The notes under the pieces are model-generated. The model saw only the letters and a list, made by a program, of their open reading frames with translations, had not been told where the DNA came from and searched no databases. A stretch of 64,000 nucleotides of DNA from Botryllus schlosseri (lineage: Eukaryota): positions 4,962,001-5,026,000 of the forward strand of contig CM119373.1 in the NCBI GenBank assembly GCA_051294905.1, in the 5' to 3' direction. Position 1 is the stretch's first letter. Every line of letters begins with the position of its first letter. The position numbers were made by a program, and so were the translations under genes. This document shows positions 13,702 to 24,046 of this stretch, piece by piece.

Positions 13702-14109
13702 ATATAAAGACTGAACAATAGGGGTCCTAAACGGAGCCCTGTGGTACACCACGCAATATGCCACCCTTTTCAGATGGTATGTGATCTTTACTGTAAACAT
13801 ATTGACATCGATTGGTAAAATAGCTCATAATCAAATCCAAGGTTACACCTCTGATACCATAACACACCTCTGATACCATAACACGAGAGTAAGTATTGAA
13901 TGATTGACAGTATCGAAAGCTTTTTTTATACCAAGAAAAACAACACATGAAATCATACAAGAGTTGTGTATCTGACAAATTAAGGAAGTAAGGGCAAGAA
14001 TTGCTTGATTTGTGTCAAGATTTTGTCAGAGGATAAACTGGTTGTCCCGTTGTTGTAATGACTTTTCCACGTGTCTCGCTTTGGCCGATATAGTACCCAA
14101 GACCGTGTC

Positions 14110-14536
14110 TTTTATGTTCTCGATCTCGTTTGAACAATAACTCATACGACGAGGATGCAATATGAAATCAGTATATTATCAGCAGAATAACTTCAAGACA
14201 GCGACACGATCCAGAGTGCAGTTAAACGAAAGACAAGTAGACAACAGAACACGGTATAAATGCGAAGCACGACACACGAGGAAATAATGATTGGCGGTAA
14301 TTACTAATCCTAGACAAATAAGAGACAAACGATACCAACGTAAAATGCACGAACATAACAGTCCTCACCTGTAGGTTGAAAGTACAAGGTAATTTACGTT
14401 GGCCGATAGAAATCAGTTTGTGTTCTAATTCTAAGCGGATAACGTCTGTCGGACGTTCGAGCAGGACTAGCTGCAGGACGCTATGCCCTATTTCTGACCA
14501 ATGGTTGCTGAGCTTGTAATTGCTGAGGCTGAGCAA
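14110..14536 (-). mobile_element. 3' fragment (pol tail, PPT, LTR) of a Gypsy family related to 56463-59971
   Basis: Diverged reverse-complement similarity to ~59540-59971, including the LTR start TGTTATGTTCGTGCATTT. Confidence 0.8.
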
Positions 14537-15242
14537 TAGGGCTGTTCAAAAAAAACTATTTTTACTGAATCTTGCTGGCTACGTGATTAAATCGTTAGGC
14601 TGCCTTAAAAAAAAACCTATTATGTCATGTCAAGTCATGCCAGACGTAGAACTTCAGAGGTGCAAATAAGTTATAGTACTTACTACTTACTGATATCTAG
14701 ATGTCATGGCCAAAGTGGGAACAAGTATAGACAAAAGATAAGGGACACCGAACCATCAAGTTCCTGGGATACTTTCCATACTAGATTGCTTGTACAAGCC
14801 AGCACTAGAACTTCAATAAGTACGAGGTGGTGCAAATTCAAAAGTATTGACTGCCTTCACAGTTAGATGCCAAGCTAAAAGTAGGAACTAGCAATCTAGC
14901 ATAACGAAAAGATAAGCGACACTGCTGGAATATTTGCAATGTCAGATTACTTGAACATTATATGACAAGACATGAGTAGAATTGCCACCTTCAAATGCGA
15001 ATGGACCAACGAACGATTGTAAAACCTAATGGAATGCTAACAAAGGTCTTCTGCTGCAGCAGACTGTTCGAATTTATGAAAAAAATCAGATAGTTTGATG
15101 GATACATATTGATTATTCTTGTCACCGAAAACGACATACTGCACGAACTCCAGGAGCTGGAATTCTTTGGGCTAAGACACAGGTCCCAATATAGATATAT
15201 CGACTTTCCATTAAATAAAAGGGCAAAATAACGTAAAGATAA

Positions 15243-15790
15243 TCAGTTTTGGGCCCTTGTTAAGCGCCTCCAGCGTGGACGATCGTGGGCGTCTTCGGGC
15301 GATAGCCCGCGTTGCGCTAGCTCGTTCTCTATTGTCGAGCGCCATGTGGTTCTATTCCAGCCACCTCTGCGCCATGGCTCCGTCGGAATGTGGTTGATGA
15401 TGGCGGCAACTTGTTGATCGTATTGATGCCGCACTAGAGGACCGATTAGGCGGAAGCGTCGTTCAGCAGCCAGCAAACGGCATGGGACCGTTTTTGTGAG
15501 TTTGCGCAGTGCATTGGTGGATATGTGCTCCGGGTGGTGGATGCCGAGTGCGTAGCGGAGGAGTACATCGTAGTTGGCGTTGAGCGTCTTAGCCAGCTTT
15601 TCTGTCAGCGTGAGTGCTTCTATTCCGTAGAGAAGAGCCTGCTCGACAGTGGCACGGAAAATGCGGGTCTTGAGCTGAGGTACTTGAGTGTATGAGGCAA
15701 TGTAGCCGTCTTGTTGCGCCCCAGGCCTTTGCTCGTTTGGCCATCAGCCAGAATCCATCCCGGTATCTTTCCATTTCCATGCTTTGAAAC
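15243..15790 (-). pseudogene. 5'-truncated RTE-like LINE 3' end
   Basis: FRATVEQALLYGIEALTL..LLRYALGI..RRFRLIG..TW..DR..WR is typical of the RTE ORF C-terminus. Confidence 0.7.
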
Positions 15791-16433
15791 CACCAAATGT
15801 GGAGCTTCGGACGTTTTGCTGTTGATGTGAATGTCATGGGCCTGAAATGTAGGCAAATTTTTTATTGTAACTACTCCAAACCATTTCGAGGGCCACGGGT
15901 TTACCGCCCCTGGTCTGCACAATCATCTGTGTTAACAGAAGTTGCTACGAAACTCATTGACATTACAACAATAATGCTCACAATAAAAACCTTCTTAAGG
16001 TCATCATAGTTATCAAGCTATTGCTTGATTTTCAAATCATACATTCGTTATAAACTGAAAGTTATATTAATCTTATAAACAAGTACCTGTTGTACTGATA
16101 AAGCAGATATTGCGGTCTTCTTTTTCGAGTTTATTCTCAGATCGGTAACTGTGATTGTAATTGTTGCAGCTTCACTTCATTAGTATTGGACTGAAAACAT
16201 TGAATAATTGAGGGGTTATTATCAATCATATTTAATTCAGAATGGAATTGCGAGTCCGCATTTACCTCAAATATCTTATCCAATATGAGCATCATTCTTT
16301 CGTAGTATGTTCTGATCTCTTCAACTGTGGTTGGTGCGATCAAATTCCAGTTATCTTCTCTTACCTGTAAGAGAATGTATGTGTCTAAAAGAATGATTAG
16401 AATATGATCATATCTATGAATATATTCATACAA

Positions 16434-17872
16434 CGGGGTTGTAATGACTCGAGTCTTGACTCGATTCGAGTCGGACTCGAGTCACGATTTTCTGATGACT
16501 CGACTTGACTCGAGTCAATATGTGTATCGACTTGACTTGGACTCGAGTCATTACGCATGACTCGAACCAAGTCATATGACTACAGACTCCGACGGCCAAG
16601 AGCGACGTTTCCATATAATCTCGAGAGTAGTAAAGTATAACCACCCAATTGAGAGTTCATCCATTGGTACTGGTACTTGAAAATGTAACCAGATAGATAC
16701 CAGTGTTGGGATCAAGTCACTACCTTCGAGTCACGAGTCATTGCAGATTTTGACTCGAGTCAAGTCAAGTCAATCGATTTTCAAAGGTGACTCGAGTTAA
16801 GTCAAGGCACTCGATTTTTGGCGGTGCCTCGACTCAAGTCACGTTTCAAGTCAAGTCGCCTTTTCGAAGTATGAGGCATGATTACATCATTGCATTTTGC
16901 TAGCTGTCTGAAATACAGATTGAGTGGTCATTGATTCCGAACCGATGAACGAATATTAAGTTAAATATCCACGCAATAAGGCGCTGTATCGCTCGCATAA
17001 ACGTAGAACTGTTGAACTACGTAGATAATTGCATAGCCTCAGTTTATATAGTTAACAGCAAAAATAGAGGAACGAATTGATAAGATGCAATACATTACCC
17101 ATTTACAAATAGATATGATACAATTCGAGCATGCGCTAATGGTTGAGGACAATATAAACTATGTTCAAATTCAATTTCAATAAAACAAGAGGTTTGGTAA
17201 AGGTATGAACAGAGAACAGAAATAGACATTTTTCTATTTTATTGGTTTACTACTAGAGTTTACGACAATGTAGCTGTAAGCTTCGATCACTTTGTTTGCG
17301 GTCAATCTATTTGTGAGAGAACAATCGAGGCTAAGTGACACGCTTGACCATTGAATGATTGGTCACTTTCAAGGGTTACACCAGCGTTTCGCGAACCAGC
17401 CCAGCATATGCAAGATACAGTGATAAATATCGACACCGATTACTTGATGACTTGAAATTGGCTAGTGAATTTTGGTCACGAGTCACGAGTCAATCCGCAT
17501 TTCTGATACGCCGAGTCAAGTCAAGTCATTTTAGCAAAGTGACTCAAGTCAAGTCATGACTCTAGTCATCCCAACACTGCAAGATACTATTAAAAGTGAG
17601 GAAAATTAGTATATCATAAATGCGAACCATTCGATATCACCAAACAGAGATATAACAGTGGGTTTAACAAGACTTTATCTGGAAACTGAGCAGTCAACAC
17701 AATGACTCAGACTCGGACTTGAGTCATAATTCCCATGACTCGGACTCGAACCTCTGCTTGATGACTTTGACTCGGTGGTGGCAATTGAAAATGACTCGAC
17801 TGGACTCGAGTCAAAACTAAAAAAGTGACATTGACTTGCGACTCGGAGCCTTGTGACTTGGTTACAACCCTG
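16434..17872. mobile_element. hAT-type MITE with GACTCGAGTC repeats, containing a nested MITE at 16701-17579
   Basis: TIR C(A/G)GGGTTGTAA, TSD tcatacaa/tcatacac. Inner element has TIR CAGTGTTGGGAT and TSD atagatac/caagatac. Confidence 0.75.
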
Positions 17873-18566
17873 TCATACACATACAGTGAAGAAACAGCCT
17901 TGGCACATAATCTCTATAACAAAGCAATAAGAAGTTGTCATAATTGCATGCATACTCACTAGTCTGATGTCGCCCATGGTAGGGAACGTTCCAAGAAATC
18001 TCTTTCTTCGTTAGCTGAGAACGCCGGAGTCCGTATTGATGCTTGAATAGAGACAAGCCTTTGTGCCAATTGCGGTCTACATAAGCTGTACGAGTGTAAG
18101 TGATTCGAGCGCTTGCTGAACTTTGAAGCTGAATACCAGCTAGGGCATCGGAGCAATGAGTTCAGGGTCTTTGGGACTGCACGACGGCTGCAATATTGAT
18201 GGAAATATAAGATAGAATCTTACTAGAATTATGCGGATAAATACCATAACATCCACATGGAGATCTGCATTGGTTGCTCCGGCATCTCCCCGAGATATGA
18301 GCAGCAGACACAGACAGTTTAGCTCAATTCATAGCAAAATATTACAAAATAATGATTACCAGTATTGGCGTGGCTGAAGGTCCTATATCCTCCTGGACTG
18401 ATGGCTTTATGGGTAGGGTGGTATCTGGCTGCGCGAGTGATTCTACATCAATACGGAGCGACTCATCCACAGGCAACGTGGTGTCCGACTCTGCGAGTGA
18501 CGCTGATTCACCGCACGGATTGTTTGGGTCTGCGACTGAGAAAGATTCATGGCGACTATTGTCTGG

Positions 18567-18898
18567 TGCGACGGTGTGTCTAGGGCGTATATCAACAGTG
18601 CAATTCCACGCTATATGCGCACGTGACGTTACTTCCTATTACGATAATATCGAGCATTTATAAACTCGTGCGATAGCAAATTCGAGATGAGACTTCATGC
18701 TAACCTACTGAATTACGTAGAAGAATAAACTGTGTTTTGAACATATATCCGTCTGAAGAGTTCACGATAGCAACGGTTCGAAGAGGACATTCTCTCAGAG
18801 TTAAGTACCAGACAGTTACAGCCTACGCAAGGACAAACTACTCGTCTGAGTTCTAATTACAGAGACATAATTACCTCACAATTTAACCGGTTGTTACA
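18567..18898 (+). repeat. 5' LTR
   Basis: Identical by eye to 24047-24378. TGCGAC..GTTACA termini, TATAAA near 18659, AATAAA at 18724. Confidence 0.95.
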
Positions 18899-18914
18899 TG
18901 GTGCTTTGAACGAG
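18899..18914 (+). promoter_or_regulatory. Primer-binding site (tRNA identity not assigned)
   Basis: TGGTGCTTTGAACGAG immediately follows the 5' LTR. TGG is the complement of tRNA CCA. Confidence 0.7.
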
Positions 18915-19135
18915 ATTGTTTGGATATATCATCAGCACAGACTCTATACGTATTGCCATCAAGATACGCATAACTTCGCAACTCAGGTAACGTGTTCTTA
19001 TTCCGTTCTGGTATATAGACTTCACACGGCAGTCCCTAGTTGATTGTGCATGCTATATCATTATTGTGTGCTTATTTTGTTGTTATTGTGTATGATTCAT
19101 TATCTGTGTAGAACTGTGTGTTATACAATCCTAAG

Positions 19136-20434
19136 ATGGATAGCGCAGATACGAAAATAAAGCCTGATGAGGACTCACCTCACGATGAAGTCAGTAACGC
19201 CAAAAATGTTCCACAGGAAACTGTGGTACCCGGTAATTCTGTTCAGAGTGTAGATGCTGTCCCTACTGGCATGAAAAATGAAAATAAATCAGTTATTCAT
19301 GGTGGTGCTCGATTCCCGTTTGAGGACTCAGATAGTGCGTCCGTTTTATCGGATGATTCCACGAGGACGAGCATCGATACAGATTCTGATATAGATTTGA
19401 AATATGACGACCGTGAAGCAGTTAATCGTGTTGTGCTAAGTAACGTTGCCAATACTCCAGCAAATGTATTGCGTGATTTGACTAATGTAACTTCGAGAAG
19501 ACGACAAAACGGGCAAATAGTGCCTCTCGCACATCAAACGCGCGTTACCTCACGTGAAACAGGGTCGGCGACCATGCAAAATATACGCGCCGATACGCGT
19601 TTATCAGAAAAATTAGCCGCGCCAATACTATCGCAGTCAAAATTCACACGCGCACAATTTCCGGTGCAAAACCTAGATTCGCGATCGATAGTGCCTAGTC
19701 TAGCGCAGCAGTCAATGCACAATATAACCGCGCCACAGTCAATTCACAATGTCGCCGTACAGTCACCACGTGCTAATGTGGATTTTGAATCGGCTTTGGT
19801 GAATGTACATGACACGGACGTTCAACGACAAATGGCATTAGTTGGAAATAAACTGAATAATATTAAAAGTGAAACACGTTGTCCGGAACAAAGCATTGAG
19901 CTAGTTGAATTAACATCCGACGGTTTTGGAATAAATTCTGTTCACGCTTGTGCTACGTTCATTATGGACATTGCTAATCAAGGTAGTTTGTCACCTGAAC
20001 AAGCGTTTTACTACACCAATTTCTTTCATTTTGGCCACGTGGACAGTGACGCGCGTAGACGTTCAATAAGATCTATGTTTGTCACACTTTTAGAGCCCCG
20101 CGTGCGCCAGGCTTTAGTCGCTCAAAGACCAGAGATTGATATCCACGAATTGTTGACGGTCGCTCAGCGCGTTGATGCTAGTTTTACGGAAAATTCTGGT
20201 TATGTCAATGCAGTGCATTCAGAATTTCCACCGCCAACGCCACCAATGCAAGACAGTGGGAAGCGGAACAGATCCAATAATTCGGGTTCTGCCGAAGGTC
20301 AGGTTATGGTGTTACATCCCTTTTGCTGGTATCATCATCGTTACGGTAAGAGGGCCTCTAAGTGTGTAACCCCGTGTAACTTTGAAAAACAGCGCTGGGT
20401 TGCCGCTACATCTTTACCGGAGCCGAATTTTTAA
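19136..20434 (+). CDS. gag: Gag-like protein
   Basis: First ORF after the PBS (first ATG 19136). C-terminal CWYHHRYGKRASKCVTPC matches the C-H-C-C nucleocapsid motif of CsRn1/Kabuki-type Gypsy Gag and is preceded by F...L...VRQAL..L...A. Confidence 0.8.
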   Translation: MDSADTKIKPDEDSPHDEVSNAKNVPQETVVPGNSVQSVDAVPTGMKNENKSVIHGGARFPFEDSDSASVLSDDSTRTSIDTDSDIDLKYDDREAVNRVVLSNVANTPANVLRDLTNVTSRRRQNGQIVPLAHQTRVTSRETGSATMQNIRADTRLSEKLAAPILSQSKFTRAQFPVQNLDSRSIVPSLAQQSMHNITAPQSIHNVAVQSPRANVDFESALVNVHDTDVQRQMALVGNKLNNIKSETRCPEQSIELVELTSDGFGINSVHACATFIMDIANQGSLSPEQAFYYTNFFHFGHVDSDARRRSIRSMFVTLLEPRVRQALVAQRPEIDIHELLTVAQRVDASFTENSGYVNAVHSEFPPPTPPMQDSGKRNRSNNSGSAEGQVMVLHPFCWYHHRYGKRASKCVTPCNFEKQRWVAATSLPEPNF

Positions 20435-21180
20435 TTGGGGTTTACGGGCTTGAACAGATTCCTGCAATTATTGAATTTCAGCTCGAATACCCGACTTCGT
20501 TCAAGGGTTCACTTCCTTGGTTGCGTTGCGACTTGTCTACAGAATGTGTTTCACTGGTTGAATTTAGCAGTGAACGTTGCCTTAGGGAAGTTGACATTCT
20601 TCCAATGAATTTTGGCTCTGATTTTGATTTTTCATTTCCGTTTGACAAAGCTAAGGTACCCCGTGACTTCATTGGGGCAGCTTTTATCTTGGTATTATCT
20701 TTGCTTATAATACTGGTGTCTTTGGCCAACGTGAAGGTTACATTTTACGAAGGAGACGGCATCTCAGATTTTTTGCCGCCAGCACCGAACAAGCAAGTGA
20801 TATCCGGTTCCCACGAAATGCGCGATGAAGGGAAACACGTGGAGAGCGCGATAACTGGGAAACAGCACCTCCATCATAATGATTGTGTCGAGCTATTTCC
20901 TTCAGATCAGATTGAGCTGGCAGAGAATACAGTGGCTACGAGCGTTATAGGAAATACGCACAATGGCAGTCCGGCGACCACGACGTCCAGTCAGGAGGTA
21001 TCGAATAATAATCTGCCAATTTCTACTTCCAGAAACGATATAGTTACTCCGGTTCACACGAGATTAGGACGTGCTGTCAGAAAACCGAAGTGGCTGAAAG
21101 ATTATGGGGTATCCGTCAATTCAGTTTCTGGCGATTGTGCTGTCAACTGTGACGTTGATTCAAGGGACCTCAGGGAATAG
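20386..21180 (+). CDS. Vestigial pol-position ORF (-1 frame to gag) with a degenerate protease-like start, a hydrophobic helix and an integrase C-terminal tail motif
   Basis: Stop-free from 20386, overlapping the end of gag. TGAEFLIGVYG occupies the expected TG..FLVDTG position. Contains FIGAAFILVLSLLIILVSL and ends TRLGRAVRKPKWLKDY. No RT, RNase H or DDE motifs. Confidence 0.55.
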   Translation, partial: KTALGCRYIFTGAEFLIGVYGLEQIPAIIEFQLEYPTSFKGSLPWLRCDLSTECVSLVEFSSERCLREVDILPMNFGSDFDFSFPFDKAKVPRDFIGAAFILVLSLLIILVSLANVKVTFYEGDGISDFLPPAPNKQVISGSHEMRDEGKHVESAITGKQHLHHNDCVELFPSDQIELAENTVATSVIGNTHNGSPATTTSSQEVSNNNLPISTSRNDIVTPVHTRLGRAVRKPKWLKDYGVSVNSVSGDCAVNCDVDSRDLRE

Positions 21181-22822
21181 CACGGACATTACTATAGACA
21201 TTGAAGTTTGTACAAAGAATGCTGTTTCTGAGTTTATCGAAATTACCCCGCCTGATGAGTGTGTAACTAACCCCGTGACTCGTTCAGAAAAATGCACAGC
21301 TGACATTTATGCTTTGCGTAACCGTTTCCATCATTTCCAAGGGCAAATGTGCTATGTCACGGAAAGACAGTGGAAATCTCACTACTTCTTTTTTGGTACT
21401 TACAGCCAAGAGGTATCGGAGGAAGTTCGTTACCAGATTCCACTTGCCGAATGTCAGCATGCCATCGTTACTAAATTGTCACAATACGGGAATCTGGAAT
21501 CAATGGGGGAAGGCTTGTACGCTACCAATAATTCATTGCACGTAGATTGGACATGGCCAACTTCAGATGAAGGGTATCTGCGAAATTTGATTGTTAATAC
21601 TTTAGATATCGCTTATGACACCCTGAACATAGCCTTGAGATCCGACCAGACTGATTTTTCAAATTGTGCCCCCACTAAAGGGCATTGCAGTAACCAATTA
21701 GCTACGGTAGTTTGGGATTCGGGTGCATTATCTAGATATCGTTGCCCGACTGTGCTGATAAGAAGGAACAGCCCAGTAGTAATTCATTATGGACAGCGTT
21801 ATCCATATGCGACAAGAATTGAGATGACAACACTGGGACTAAGTTTCAGATCCAGACGATCTTGTACATCGGAGACCACAAGGTGTATCCGAGGGAGGTC
21901 TATCATCTGCTTAGTCAACGACTTTTATATCGTGCCGAAACGTTGTAAAGATGGAGATATGCGACGATTATCGATTGAACAGCCTGCAGCAAGTTTCAAT
22001 CGTACCACTCCTAGCTTACGTCTTCTACTAGCAACTATACAAGAGGTAAAAGATCAATCTGATTTTCGGTACCGGAGTCTTGTCTCCAATTTAAACGCAT
22101 TTGAATGTAACGCTGAGCACCAGATGTATAATATCCAAAAATCGCTGCTCCCGCTAAATACGAACGCCGCATTATACTTGACACCAACCAAAGGGCGCCC
22201 ACGGTTTCGTCAAGCCGGCGATGTAATTCAGGCTGAACAATGTTTTAGACAGACTGTCGTAGTACAGGAAAGTTTGTTCTTGCCAGGCGGGAGATTATCT
22301 GCTAGACCGATTGTGAAATTCGGGCAAAACTTATCACGTATGGCTACCCTCGTTGACAATGGTACAGCCTACTTGGGTCCGCTTACATTGGATCTCGGGT
22401 CGAAAAACACAACTAAGATTTTTAAAGTAGGGAAGTCGTTTTTTAAATATCAAAATGGCTTACTAGTTTCGCGGAACGCGTCGGTAAGAGAGGTTAAATT
22501 CTCAATGCATGACGGTATAGATACGATTATAGAATCGACACATCCTGTGAATCTGACTGAAACGTTTTTAGATATTTTCAGTAAAATAGACCCTTCGCTT
22601 GGTACGGATTATGACAGCGTGTTGGCTCACATGTCCCATAGCATGTTGCTGGTTCATAAATTGCGTGAATTATCAGCCTCCCACTTAGCTAATCGTAGTA
22701 AAATCGGTGTTCACGTGGAAGCCGATCCGTCACTTCCAGTTAAAATTGTTTACGAAGCTTTTAGGGGCAGTATCTTGTACGTACTGGATAGTGTAACGAG
22801 CGAATGCAAGGAAAGTGAATAA
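21104..22822 (+). CDS. env: Envelope glycoprotein ectodomain, class III viral fusogen-like (herpes gB / chuvirus / rhabdovirus G type)
   Basis: N-terminal signal peptide, many Cys, 9 N-x-S/T sequons, aromatic loops HYFFFG and DWTWP. C-x15-LNTNA..R..GDVI....C matches the gB central-helix motif (C-x15-LNPNA..R..GDV.....C). Confidence 0.8.
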   Translation: MGYPSIQFLAIVLSTVTLIQGTSGNSTDITIDIEVCTKNAVSEFIEITPPDECVTNPVTRSEKCTADIYALRNRFHHFQGQMCYVTERQWKSHYFFFGTYSQEVSEEVRYQIPLAECQHAIVTKLSQYGNLESMGEGLYATNNSLHVDWTWPTSDEGYLRNLIVNTLDIAYDTLNIALRSDQTDFSNCAPTKGHCSNQLATVVWDSGALSRYRCPTVLIRRNSPVVIHYGQRYPYATRIEMTTLGLSFRSRRSCTSETTRCIRGRSIICLVNDFYIVPKRCKDGDMRRLSIEQPAASFNRTTPSLRLLLATIQEVKDQSDFRYRSLVSNLNAFECNAEHQMYNIQKSLLPLNTNAALYLTPTKGRPRFRQAGDVIQAEQCFRQTVVVQESLFLPGGRLSARPIVKFGQNLSRMATLVDNGTAYLGPLTLDLGSKNTTKIFKVGKSFFKYQNGLLVSRNASVREVKFSMHDGIDTIIESTHPVNLTETFLDIFSKIDPSLGTDYDSVLAHMSHSMLLVHKLRELSASHLANRSKIGVHVEADPSLPVKIVYEAFRGSILYVLDSVTSECKESE

Positions 22823-22851
22823 AACGGAGCCAGGGAAGGACATCTAACTAG

Positions 22852-23454
22852 AAGACGAGCCCAATTGTCCAATACATTTTGATTTTTATACTATTGTACG
22901 CTATGATCTGGGGATTGTATTTAACTTGTAAATTATTTTGTTCTAAACGCAATGTAATGCGTAAGTCCTTTCATGACAATCGTATTGCCGGTGTGAAGTT
23001 TATTTCAGACACGGTGAACACGTTGCGCGAACGCTATTCGACTCGACGCGGTGCAACTCCTCCTCCTACGACGCGTGGCGAAAACTCAGATCAGAACATT
23101 GAATTGCGATCGATCGATTCGGGCACTTCTGGGGCACTATCTGACGAGTATCAGTATGACTCTGACGCAAGCACGAGACGGCACACAGTCGATGTCGGTA
23201 CCGAGCAGCCGCTTTTGCAACAAGAAGAGGCTATAACCGATGTGACCAAGGCACAGTCCTCACCACAAATCTCCCTGGACGCTAACCAGGGGGATCAAAT
23301 CGTACCTACCTCAAGGGTACATGACCGAGAACCTGATGCCGTTCTGACTCGTCACGATTCGCCAACGTTGCCGCGCCCTCAGAAGGTAACCCCGTCCATA
23401 GTAAGTCCTGACGCACCGAAGAATACAGGCAGTCGCCCGGCCACAGAGGAGTAA
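22852..23454 (+). CDS. Env transmembrane anchor and long cytoplasmic tail (separate frame unless 59 nt are removed)
   Basis: Stop-free frame KTSPIVQYILIFILLYAMIWGLYLTCKLFC followed by basic residues and a Ser/Thr/Pro/acidic tail. Confidence 0.75.
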   Translation, partial: KTSPIVQYILIFILLYAMIWGLYLTCKLFCSKRNVMRKSFHDNRIAGVKFISDTVNTLRERYSTRRGATPPPTTRGENSDQNIELRSIDSGTSGALSDEYQYDSDASTRRHTVDVGTEQPLLQQEEAITDVTKAQSSPQISLDANQGDQIVPTSRVHDREPDAVLTRHDSPTLPRPQKVTPSIVSPDAPKNTGSRPATEE

Positions 23455-24046
23455 AACGGAGAGCACCGCGCGAGCGTTGATTGTGATAGACGTCGACCCT
23501 ATCCAATCTAATTGTACTAGCGAAGTACAATTGTCGTATGTAACGACCACATTGTATATATGAGTGGTCATTGACTGTTGTTAAAGTTGGATCGCCTCTC
23601 AGACGTGGCTGGTATTGCACTTGAGCATAGCCTACTGAGACGTATTGTGTATTTTTTTTTGTGTTAGGCTACCTATTGTAGTGTATTAATCTGAATAGTG
23701 TAGTGTTGAATAAGATTTTGCTCTGGTTATCTGGAGTTGTGTTGTATTTTATAGGCTAAATGTAGTTAGTTGTTAGGCTACCCCTTCTTGTATATGAATC
23801 TAGATTGTTGTGTAGTGTTAGGTTACTATTACTTATTCTAGTGTATTACTCTGGAATTGTGTTGTGATCTGCTAGGCTAACTTGTATATTATAAAAGATG
23901 TAGAAAATGTGTTCATCTCTCTCGTAGTCTTAGTATTCGGACTTTATGAGTAAGTGGTATTGAGTGCCTTTAGGAACTGTTGTTACGCCTATGTGTTGTT
24001 GTTTACTTCCGCTCATTGCATGTCCGCTCCCTCAAAATGGAGACAG

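Larger units (their letters stand above)
8735..14050 (-). pseudogene. Fragmented CR1/Crack-like LINE ORF2 interrupted by a SINE, a Harbinger element and a MITE
   Basis: Remnants YGIRGVTLDLIMSYFTNRCQYV, GVPQGSV, LYIND, DDT and C-terminal HGYSTR..IWNSVP are collinear once the insertions are removed. Confidence 0.7.

Noticed and set aside
16434..17872. GACTCGAGTC arrays (and CGATTA arrays at 6.3/8.6 kb) as CRISPR-like repeats
   Set aside because: Irregular spacing, no unique spacers, no cas genes. They are subterminal repeats of TIR/TSD-bounded MITEs.
20381..20390. GAAAAAC as the gag-pol -1 slippery site
   Set aside because: Not in the X_XXY_YYZ phase of the gag frame.
22792..22876. 85-bp TG..CA mini solo-LTR inside env
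   Set aside because: No TSD at those boundaries, and removing it does not restore the frame, whereas removing 59 nt does.
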